Source: a virus. From it: 64,000 nt of DNA. The stretch's first letter is position 1; every line of letters starts with the position of its first letter. A program made the translations under genes and the position numbers. The stretch lies in IMG/VR virus record IMGVR_UViG_3300050821_003315, one strand, 5' to 3'. Below are positions 54,741 to 62,125 of this stretch, piece after piece. The notes beneath the pieces were generated by a model. That model searched no databases. It saw nothing but the letters and a program-made list of their open reading frames with translations, and was not told where the DNA came from.

Positions 54741-54836
54741 GCCGGGTATGCTCCCTCCATACAACACCGGGCAACTCCACGCACTCTCATGCGCTTCACC
54801 GTCACCCAGGCAGGATTCGAACCTGCGCCTCCCAGC
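54741..54836 (-). ncRNA. Circularly permuted tRNA-like RNA with extended acceptor hairpin
   Basis: GCTGG GAGGC GCAGG TTCGAAT CCTGC CTGGGTGAC...GCGCAT GAGA GTGCGT...GTTGCCCGG TGTT GTATG GAGGGAG CATAC CCGGC. Confidence 0.65.
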
Positions 54837-54839
54837 AAG

Positions 54840-54914
54840 TGGACCATGTCGGATTCGAACCGACAACCTTCACCGTGCAAAGGTGTTGCTCTACCAGATT
54901 GGAGCTAATGGCCC
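54840..54914 (-). tRNA. tRNA-Ala(TGC)
   Basis: CACC TTTGCAC GGTG; G3.U70. Confidence 0.94.
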
Positions 54915-54995
54915 ATGGTGACCTGAACAAGGAAATGCGTCTAGCTATTCCCGGAAGCCGGGATTCTAGGCACACGCCCCTATTCAGGTCATCTT

Positions 54996-55047
54996 GCTTA
55001 TCACTGTTGAGTTATCAAATAACAGGACACTCGCCGTAGCGAAGTCC
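54996..55047 (-). promoter_or_regulatory. rrn-type boxB hairpin + boxA antitermination element
   Basis: GGAC TTCGC TACG GCGA GT GTCC hairpin then TGTTATTTGATAACTCAACAGTG, resembling the actinobacterial rrn leader boxA. Confidence 0.65.
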
Positions 55048-55050
55048 GTG

Positions 55051-55121
55051 CAGGCCACCAGAGAGTCGAACTCTGTCTAAGAGGGTTGGAGCCTCGTGTG
55101 CTTCCGGTACACCAGTGACCT
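55051..55121 (-). tRNA. tRNA-Trp(CCA)
   Basis: GAGG CTCCAAC CCTC; G73. Confidence 0.9.
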
Positions 55122-55162
55122 ATACTTTTTTCTTATTTAGTTGTTTTGCGCTTGTACCCTCT

Positions 55163-55202
55163 AACAACGAAGACCGCCTCCGGTTTATTCCGGGGCGGTC
55201 TC
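55163..55202 (-). terminator. Intrinsic terminator / attenuator hairpin upstream of tRNA array
   Basis: GAGACCGCCCCGG AATAAA CCGGAGGCGGTC TTCGTTGTT. Confidence 0.7.
55166..55191 (-). promoter_or_regulatory. SigR/SigH-type ECF promoter (GGAAT-N18-GTT)
   Basis: GGAAT at 55191..55187 and GTT at 55168..55166, with exactly 18 nt between. Confidence 0.5.
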
Positions 55203-55224
55203 TCGATTTTCCGAGATTGTGCCC

Positions 55225-55332
55225 CTAACCAGGGTTACCCAGCTTCGGCATGCTGAAGGCAGCGCGGATGACCCGCTGGCAGTGCCAGTAGGCTCGTCCG
55301 GTGCCGCTCAGTGCGGAGGTCTTCGTCATCAT
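55225..55332 (-). CDS. 35-aa leaderless upstream ORF (putative leader peptide)
   Basis: MMTKTSALSGTGRAYWHCQRVIRAAFSMPKLGNPG; extended -10 TGG-TAAGGT ends 6 nt before the ATG. Confidence 0.6.
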   Translation of the reverse strand: MMTKTSALSGTGRAYWHCQRVIRAAFSMPKLGNPG

Positions 55333-55387
55333 GCTTCTACCTTACCACGCTCTCCGAGTGCTCAAACCATCTTGAGCAAAAATCTTG

Positions 55388-55579
55388 TCAGAAGTTGTAC
55401 GGGTCGTTCAGGTACTGCTGGATGACAGTGTAGATGCCGGGGTCGTCGCCCTTAATCTGGGCGGGTTGCCCGTTCATGTCTACCATCACGTCGTAAGTAC
55501 CCGGACCCTTGTTGTCCAGCTTAACTATCTGTGCTTTACGAAGCACGTCTTTAAGTGCTTCTAGTGCTTCCGTCCTCAT
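55388..55579 (-). CDS. Hypothetical protein
   Basis: ORF in operon. Confidence 0.6.
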   Translation of the reverse strand: MRTEALEALKDVLRKAQIVKLDNKGPGTYDVMVDMNGQPAQIKGDDPGIYTVIQQYLNDPYNF

Positions 55580-55581
55580 GA

Positions 55582-55842
55582 TTAGTACTGCGGGAGTTGC
55601 GCTACAGGCATCGCTATGCCCGGAAGCAGCGGCATTGTCGAGACGGGAGCGTACAGCGTCCCTAGCTGGTCGCGCAGCGCTGCCAGGAGTCCGGGGTTAC
55701 CCCGCCAGTTGAAAGGCATACCGTCTTGAGCCAGCGGCTGTGCTGTGGCCCACAGGGCCTCGTCCAGCGTCATCCACAGGTCGCGAGCGTCCTGGTCGGA
55801 CAGAGTGAGACTTACTGTGGACTTGCGCGTGATTTCTACCAT
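55582..55842 (-). CDS. Hypothetical protein
   Basis: ORF in operon. Confidence 0.6.
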   Translation of the reverse strand: MVEITRKSTVSLTLSDQDARDLWMTLDEALWATAQPLAQDGMPFNWRGNPGLLAALRDQLGTLYAPVSTMPLLPGIAMPVAQLPQY

Positions 55843-55847
55843 GTCCC

Positions 55848-56417
55848 CTACCTATCCCACGAGTCGGTCTTGTCGTAGTCCAACGTCCACATGGCATGAG
55901 CTATTCCCGCGCCCTTGATGGCCCTCATGCAGCCACCACACGGCTCACCACTCACCCGCTGGCGATTGAATGCCCGACCGTCACGAAGTTCGTATGTAAT
56001 AGCCGTAATATAAATCGAGGCACCTTCGCACTTATCACGGTCGGCGTACAGGAGTGCATTTAGCTCAGCATGTACGGCGATACACGACCCTGCGCCAGTG
56101 TCATAGCTGGAACCGGGTTCCACCGAAGACTTGCACGGCCATCCGATAGTATTGCACGTGCCACAGCCTTTTGAATCAAAGTCATTATGGTTGCTGTACA
56201 AGACCTTGTAGTGCTGACCGCGCGGGCAGTCTCCCTCAAGGCAAGAACCTTCACCCGAGGGCGCTCCGTTGTAGCCCGTCGCGACAATGCGGTTATCCTT
56301 CGCGATGACAGCCCCGACGTTGCGCCGCGTGCAGTCCGCTCGCTCGCTGACAGTCTCAGCCAGGTCGAGAAAGTACTCAGGCCAGTCAGGCCGCTTCCAG
56401 AATTTCCACGTCGTCAT
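55848..56417 (-). CDS. dCMP deaminase
   Basis: RADCTRRNVGAVI...ATGYNG; VHAELNAL; PCGGC. Confidence 0.93.
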   Translation of the reverse strand: MTTWKFWKRPDWPEYFLDLAETVSERADCTRRNVGAVIAKDNRIVATGYNGAPSGEGSCLEGDCPRGQHYKVLYSNHNDFDSKGCGTCNTIGWPCKSSVEPGSSYDTGAGSCIAVHAELNALLYADRDKCEGASIYITAITYELRDGRAFNRQRVSGEPCGGCMRAIKGAGIAHAMWTLDYDKTDSWDR

Positions 56418-56468
56418 TACCCCTCCAACACCCAGTGCGTTTCGCTTATTCCGGCTAGCCTTTTATAC

Positions 56469-57239
56469 ATGATTCTGTATAAGATATTCACGATAGTAAT
56501 CGGGCTTATAGCCGGACTGTTCATGCTCCCTGCGCCTGCGGCTATAGCTTCTACTGCGCCGAACCAGAAGTGCCCGCCGAACGGGACTAACTGGTCATCT
56601 AGCGAGCAGTGGACTACTCGGTCGTTCACGGGAACTGATGGCAGCACGTATTCCCTTAACGCTAATCAATGGGGAACAGATAGTTCCGACAAGTTCACTA
56701 TGTTCACTACGACCACTAAGGGAGAGTGGGGCTTTTGCGCTAACTCTAACCCTAATGGTGGCTGGCCTTACGCTAACGAGGAAAAAGACTACAACGGTAA
56801 GTCTGTAAGCTCTATTAAGACGCTTGTCAGCACTTACGGTTTTAGCGTTCCCAGTAACTACGGTCAGTGGAATGTAGCCTACGACATCGGCATCAACGGC
56901 GAAGTAGCTAACGGTGCTCACGAGGTAATGTTCTGGGTGTACACACATGGGCAGAGCACAGGCAGTACGCCAGAAGGAACCATCACCGTCGATGGTCAGA
57001 AGTGGGACCTGTCTGGTTGCACAACTTGCAGGCGTGTTGACCTCGTACTACCGAAGAACAGTACGTCAGGCACTCTTCACATAGCGGATTTGCTTCATGC
57101 GCTTCAAAAGGATTCTCGCACACGAGGCACAGTTCCACCGAGCGCACAGCTTTACGGCGTACAATTCGGGTCGGAAGTGCACGGTACGCAAGGTCACACA
57201 CTAACATTTCTCTACCAGAAGTACACGCTTACTCCCTAA
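56469..57239 (+). CDS. Secreted GH12 glycoside hydrolase (endo-beta-glucanase-like)
   Basis: Signal peptide from ATG 56469; NANQWG; WNVAYDI; HEVMFW (nucleophile E); VQFGSEV (acid/base E). Confidence 0.82.
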   Translation: MILYKIFTIVIGLIAGLFMLPAPAAIASTAPNQKCPPNGTNWSSSEQWTTRSFTGTDGSTYSLNANQWGTDSSDKFTMFTTTTKGEWGFCANSNPNGGWPYANEEKDYNGKSVSSIKTLVSTYGFSVPSNYGQWNVAYDIGINGEVANGAHEVMFWVYTHGQSTGSTPEGTITVDGQKWDLSGCTTCRRVDLVLPKNSTSGTLHIADLLHALQKDSRTRGTVPPSAQLYGVQFGSEVHGTQGHTLTFLYQKYTLTP

Positions 57240-57493
57240 ACGCGCTGCCAGTTTGTGATTAGCGTCCCACAAGGGATGTGATTCACGGCCTTATCCTGAA
57301 AGTACGGCAGGCATTCATAGCATACGAAACGGGGCCGTGTTGACCTATTACACGTATCACAATTCACGATAACGCGAGCTACGGAGGGGTTACCGCAAAC
57401 GGTAACCCCTTCCTCGTCGTATAGCTCACAAGGCGGCGCACCCTCTAGGTCAATACCCTCAAGAAAATGCACTAGGGAAGTAGCGTCAGCCAT
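57236..57493 (-). CDS. Cys-rich hypothetical protein
   Basis: Multiple CxxC motifs. Confidence 0.6.
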   Translation of the reverse strand: MADATSLVHFLEGIDLEGAPPCELYDEEGVTVCGNPSVARVIVNCDTCNRSTRPRFVCYECLPYFQDKAVNHIPCGTLITNWQRV

Positions 57494-57496
57494 CTT

Positions 57497-57757
57497 TTAG
57501 TCCTTAAGCCACGTGTTGTTACTACGGCGGATACTAGTAAACATGCTAGCTGGTACCTTGTGTCCCGCGTAGCAGTGCAACTTAAGGTGCTGGTCGATGA
57601 ACTTGCAGTAGTGGAACACCGGGTCGGGTTCTACCTTCTTGCCGTTCTCATCTTCAGGAACGAACTTGCATCCGACGCACTGTAGCACCTTGGAGGTGTT
57701 CTGAACGACTTCCAACAAGTAAACATCGGACTTTTCCCCGCACAGAACGTAGGTCAT
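57497..57757 (-). CDS. Hypothetical protein (CxxC, HxxxH)
   Basis: SDVY...CVGC...HLKLH...GHKVP. Confidence 0.6.
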   Translation of the reverse strand: MTYVLCGEKSDVYLLEVVQNTSKVLQCVGCKFVPEDENGKKVEPDPVFHYCKFIDQHLKLHCYAGHKVPASMFTSIRRSNNTWLKD

Positions 57758-58011
57758 GAACTCACCTGGTGCTTCGTAACGCGAACGCTATCACCTTCGC
57801 AACTGTAAGTGGCAAAGAAAATCCAGCCATCATCCAGCATGCTCTGAGTAAGCTCATAAACTTCGATATTTTCGGGGCAGTGGCGACTACCTGTTTTAAG
57901 CTCTCTATCGGCATACTCGATAGCGTCTATTGCGTCAGCGAACACTTTAATATCCGGGTCGGCGTGTCGGTCTTGAACTAGCACCACGTAAACGTCAATC
58001 ATTCTTCCCAC
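57754..58011 (-). CDS. Hypothetical protein
   Basis: ORF downstream of rtcB. Confidence 0.6.
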   Translation of the reverse strand: MGRMIDVYVVLVQDRHADPDIKVFADAIDAIEYADRELKTGSRHCPENIEVYELTQSMLDDGWIFFATYSCEGDSVRVTKHQVSS

Positions 58012-58020
58012 CCTTACGTT

Positions 58021-59205
58021 CTAGCCCTTATAATTAAAAACCTGCTGGATTTCAGTAACTACTTCGCACAAGTCAGCTTGGTCGGCCATGACACCGTGGA
58101 TGTCCTTGTACGCCAAGGGGGCCTCGTCTATGAGCGCATCAACGCGGTCAGCGTTCCAAGTTATTCCCGCGCGAGCCATGTGAGCGACAAACGAATCGCG
58201 GTCGAGTTCACGCTTTGCCCTGGAACGACTCATCTTGCGGCCGGCTCCGTGAGAGCTGCTGTTGAAAGACTCCGCGCTGCCCAGGCCACGAGTGATGAAC
58301 GTGCTCGTACCCATAGAGCCAGGGACTACACCTAGGTCACCTACATCAGCCTTAATGGCTCCCTTACGGGTAATCCACAACTCCTTGTCGCCATGAGTCT
58401 CGCGTGCGGTGTAGTTGTGGTGGCAGTTGATGACTTCAACGATACCATCATCAATAGTTTCCCACACCTCAGGCATGCCTACAACCTCGAACAAGGACTT
58501 CAGCAAGGCATCGTTCATCGCCTGACGGTTACCGTAAGCGTAATTCTGTGCCCACACAAGGTCGCGCATGTACTCCTGGAACTCAGGTGTACCTTCAAGG
58601 AAGTAAGCCAGGTCAGGGTCTTCGAGGCTAACTGAAAGTTGCTTCATCAGCCCCTTTGCCTTTTTAATGTGGCCACTGGCTAGCTGGTTGCCGATGCCAC
58701 GACTTCCCGAGTGAAGTACCGTCCACACGAATCCGTTAGGGTCGAGTCCCACCTCAACGAAGTGGTTTCCGGAACCTAGCGACCCGAACTGAGAGCACAG
58801 CGTGTGCTCTTGAGCTGATGTTAGGTCCAGCGACTCCCACTCAGGAATCTTGCTAAGGTCAATGTTATCGTTAGCGTGCCCCGCGCCTACACCTGCCGGG
58901 ATTCGCTGCTCAATCAGCGACATCAGCGGGCTAAGGTCATCGGGCAAGTCGTGTGCCGTGTAGCCTGTTTCGGTTGCAATCATGCCACAGCCGATGTCCA
59001 CCCCTACCGCAGCAGGGATGATTGCCCCGTTGGTCGGGATTACCGAGCCTACGGTAGCGCCCATACCGATGTGAGCATCGGGCATCAGGGCAACATGGCC
59101 CTCCACGAACGGCAAACGGGACGCGCGAGCAGCCTGCTCAAGCGTGTCACCTTCGATGTCTGTTGCCCAGTAGAGCAACCGGTTCTTCCCGTACTGCTGC
59201 GGCAT
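58021..59205 (-). CDS. rtcB: RtcB RNA ligase
   Basis: MPDAHIG; VGVDIGCGM; GSGNHFVE; LHSGSRG; CHHNY; RKGA; HGAGR; DEAPLAYK. Confidence 0.97.
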   Translation of the reverse strand: MPQQYGKNRLLYWATDIEGDTLEQAARASRLPFVEGHVALMPDAHIGMGATVGSVIPTNGAIIPAAVGVDIGCGMIATETGYTAHDLPDDLSPLMSLIEQRIPAGVGAGHANDNIDLSKIPEWESLDLTSAQEHTLCSQFGSLGSGNHFVEVGLDPNGFVWTVLHSGSRGIGNQLASGHIKKAKGLMKQLSVSLEDPDLAYFLEGTPEFQEYMRDLVWAQNYAYGNRQAMNDALLKSLFEVVGMPEVWETIDDGIVEVINCHHNYTARETHGDKELWITRKGAIKADVGDLGVVPGSMGTSTFITRGLGSAESFNSSSHGAGRKMSRSRAKRELDRDSFVAHMARAGITWNADRVDALIDEAPLAYKDIHGVMADQADLCEVVTEIQQVFNYKG

Positions 59206-59392
59206 GGGTACCTCTTTTTCTTGCTGTTATCGCCTAGGGGTCGCCTCACCCCTCACAACACAGCATGGTGGCCAACTATTCCCGCTACGAATAACTGTCT
59301 ATAGCTTCTGAACTTGCTAGGCCCTTTCTTTAGTACACGCATAACCTGTACGCTAAGGTGAGTACACTGCCGCGTGCCTTGAGAGGTTCCCT

Positions 59393-60403
59393 ATGACTAC
59401 CGCGTACAACAACCCGCTTCGTGCTTGTAATCCTGTGCCCGGTCGCATTGACCAAGGCGTTGACTACACTTGCAGTGGCCCGGCATACGCACTAGGTCCG
59501 TCTATCATTACGGTAGCTACAGCTAACTCCGGTTGGCCTGGCGGCGGTGCAGTTGTAGGAAAGCTAACTAGCGGACCTCTCGCAGGACACTCCTGGTACA
59601 TCACCGAAGACATCGCACCCGCCGTTAGCGTAGGGGACAGTGTAACTTCTAACACCATTGTCGGTTACATAGGCACTAATGGTGCTCCTGGCCCGTGGAT
59701 TGAAACCGGATGGGCCGCAGTAGGTGGCGGCGACGGCACCTTGGCTACTCAGCGCGGAGATGCTGACCCTAACACGGGCACTGGTGAGTGGTCCACCGCA
59801 GAAGGTTACGACTACTCCAAACTGCTTGCTTACCTAGGCTGCGCCCCTGGGTTCCTTTCCACTAGTCCGCACGGCTCAAACCCGTTCGACAGCGTAGCCC
59901 TAATGCGCGGCGGTAACGGCAAGCCCACCAACGTAGTTCTCCAGCCCGGTTCTTCGGGTCCCGATGTAGTCTTTTTGCAGCAAGACCTGAACACCTGGCA
60001 CGCCAGTCCTGTACTCACTACTGACGGAAGTTTCGGGCCTAACACTGAAGCAGCTCTTAAGGCGTGGGAGACAGCTCACCATATGAGGGCTACAGGCAAA
60101 ACTGACAGCTACCGATGGACACTTCTGAATCACAAGCCGACAGACCCGCTGCCAGCACCGGGAAGCCTTGTTGACACGCTAAATGGTCTACTAGTCACAC
60201 TAGCTTGGGGGCCTGCTTACGCCCTTCAGTATCACGTGCAGGTTATGCACTACCACGGCAGCAGTGTATTCGGTACACCAGTACTAGATGAGGTTGTCAG
60301 TGTGCAAAGCGTGACTAACCTTACGCTGCCCGGTGGTGGCCAGTACGCATGGCGTGTGCAAGCCGTCCCTAACGGTACGTGGTCTCACTGGAAGGTGTTC
60401 TAA
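59393..60403 (+). CDS. Cell-wall-binding protein: degenerate M23-like domain + PG_binding_1 + FN3-like domain
   Basis: RIDQGVDY...VSVGDSV...IVG...WIETGW; LQPGSSGPDVVFLQ...DGSFGPNTEAALKAWE; YAWRVQAV. Confidence 0.7.
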   Translation: MTTAYNNPLRACNPVPGRIDQGVDYTCSGPAYALGPSIITVATANSGWPGGGAVVGKLTSGPLAGHSWYITEDIAPAVSVGDSVTSNTIVGYIGTNGAPGPWIETGWAAVGGGDGTLATQRGDADPNTGTGEWSTAEGYDYSKLLAYLGCAPGFLSTSPHGSNPFDSVALMRGGNGKPTNVVLQPGSSGPDVVFLQQDLNTWHASPVLTTDGSFGPNTEAALKAWETAHHMRATGKTDSYRWTLLNHKPTDPLPAPGSLVDTLNGLLVTLAWGPAYALQYHVQVMHYHGSSVFGTPVLDEVVSVQSVTNLTLPGGGQYAWRVQAVPNGTWSHWKVF

Positions 60404-60563
60404 TCCCAGGCCATAAGCGGGTTGTCCAGTGTAACGTGCTTCAGCAGTGTGTCGTATGCTTCACGGTCTCCGCTGTTCACGAACTTTTCACGCGCATAAA
60501 ACCAGTCCAGCGTGCCTGAATCCATGCACATAGGGTTGAGAAGGAACGGTGATGAGTAAGTGC

Positions 60564-60785
60564 TTACTTGTCTTCGAGTTCGCAACCGTGCTCCTCATCT
60601 GGGCAGCAGAAGTGGAAGTCTCGTAGTGTACGCGTAGTCTTGCACATCGACCAGAAGTGCCCCTGATGACTATTCCCGGTATGATGCCCGCAACGAGCGC
60701 ACACTAGGCAACGACACTGCCCGTTAAACATCGTAGGTGCACCGCCGTACTGCACAGCATCACACTCAGAAAGCATCAGTAACAT
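60564..60785 (-). CDS. Cys/His-rich small protein
   Basis: CRCLVCARCGHH...HFCCP. Confidence 0.55.
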   Translation of the reverse strand: MLLMLSECDAVQYGGAPTMFNGQCRCLVCARCGHHTGNSHQGHFWSMCKTTRTLRDFHFCCPDEEHGCELEDK

Positions 60786-60921
60786 TCCTTCAGAAACTCA
60801 TCTATCTCATCAAGCAGGTCAAGCTTCGCCAGGAGGTCCACGTCTCGCGGGGTACCGTCAAGCATGCTCCGTAGTTCAGACCGCTTGTCGTTCAGAAAAC
60901 CGATGAGGTCCTTAAACAGGC

Positions 60922-61263
60922 TCATAGTGCCGCAATCGCGGACTTTGCCTCAGCAATCTGAACTGGAACTTCCTCATACTTGTCGTAACGAGTAGGGGTG
61001 TAACGACCAGCAAACACGTCTAGCAGCTCGTAAGCCCGGTTCTTGTCAACCGGGCCTAGAAGGTCGTCTCGGCTTGTGAACGTCTCGAACGGAGACGGGC
61101 ATGAGCAGCCCCGGTCTTCGCCGTAGTACAACTCACCTGTAGCGATGTCCTGCCAGAACACGAGCATGTCGAACTCGTAGCTCAGGTACGGGTTTACCTG
61201 GGTTACAGTCTTCAGCCCGAACTTCTCCGGCTCCATGTATACGTCTGCTTCGTTCCATCCCAT
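60922..61263 (-). CDS. Conserved actinophage hypothetical protein
   Basis: SYEFD...DRGCSCPSPFE; leaderless TAGGCT -10 before ATG 61263. Confidence 0.7.
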   Translation of the reverse strand: MGWNEADVYMEPEKFGLKTVTQVNPYLSYEFDMLVFWQDIATGELYYGEDRGCSCPSPFETFTSRDDLLGPVDKNRAYELLDVFAGRYTPTRYDKYEEVPVQIAEAKSAIAAL

Positions 61264-61326
61264 GCCAGACAGCCTACCACCTGTGGTAGAGTTGCCCTGA
61301 CAGTCACCTGGAGAAGGGAATGTAAG

Positions 61327-61812
61327 ATGCGCTGGATGATTTGGCCCCGGCAGTACGGCAAGACGCATCAGATACTTAAGTGGTGGGCGGAAGACCCGGA
61401 GAACCGAGTAGTCCTATGCCAAAACGAAGAAATCGCTCGTCATCACCGCCGTACAGCCCTAGAAACTATTGTCGGAACGTTCCCTAATCGGTGGGTGCCT
61501 GACAATCCACTACACGTATCTAGTGCTTTTATTCAATTCACTCGTGCCAACATCATGTCTTACAGGAGCTGGCGTAACGCATCACGCGGTCGCACAAGTC
61601 AGCAAATAGCCCTAGACGGTGACACGCTAGTAATCCGCGCCTTGGAAGACACTTTCTGTCATGGCACACACGAACTCGCGATAATAGCCGAAGCAGGCCG
61701 CAATGAAGAGCCGGACCCGTGTATCGAAAATCAGGCGAGTATTCGTCACGAAGAAATCCGTCAGCAATACGGGCATATACACCCGGGAGGCTGGGACCCC
61801 GGCGTTTGCTAA
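61327..61812 (+). CDS. Small P-loop protein resembling a terminase ATPase fragment
   Basis: N-terminal WPRQYGKT. Confidence 0.55.
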   Translation: MRWMIWPRQYGKTHQILKWWAEDPENRVVLCQNEEIARHHRRTALETIVGTFPNRWVPDNPLHVSSAFIQFTRANIMSYRSWRNASRGRTSQQIALDGDTLVIRALEDTFCHGTHELAIIAEAGRNEEPDPCIENQASIRHEEIRQQYGHIHPGGWDPGVC

Positions 61813-62121
61813 TTACTTATCGCTCTTGCTCTGCTTAGCAGCCTTTAGCCGCTCCCATTCGGCCACGGCCTCGCCTGACGCCTGGACAACTTCCGGGTGC
61901 ACGTGGCCGTGGCCTATTTTTTCGCCCGGATGCTGCCAGCGCTTAACGCTGTTGATTGCGGTAGCAATCGCCTGAGACTCATCCATGCCGTTACGCTGGA
62001 GTGCAGCGGCAATGTTCTCAACGTAGTCGGGTAGGTGCTCGACGGGGTGAGTCCGCTTCCACAACGGAGCCGGACCTAGTTCGGTATGCGTACTTGCTAG
62101 ACGCTCAGTTTCTTCACTCAT
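61813..62121 (-). CDS. Hypothetical protein of actinophage type
   Basis: LPDYVENIA.AL...ESQAIATAINSVKRW...AVAEWERLK. Confidence 0.7.
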   Translation of the reverse strand: MSEETERLASTHTELGPAPLWKRTHPVEHLPDYVENIAAALQRNGMDESQAIATAINSVKRWQHPGEKIGHGHVHPEVVQASGEAVAEWERLKAAKQSKSDK

Positions 62122-62125
62122 GCTT

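Noticed and set aside
50570-55039. ORF-track ORFs across the tRNA array (other than 51019..51330 and 53775..53975)
   Set aside because: They overlap well-formed tRNA genes.
50496-55121. CRISPR array suggested by recurring ttcgaacc and gcgctttcgcgc motifs
   Set aside because: The repeats are tRNA T arms and spacer hairpins, not identical direct repeats with unique spacers.
56187-56468. N-terminal extension of the GH12 ORF
   Set aside because: Overlaps the dCMP deaminase gene on the other strand; the signal peptide begins at 56469.
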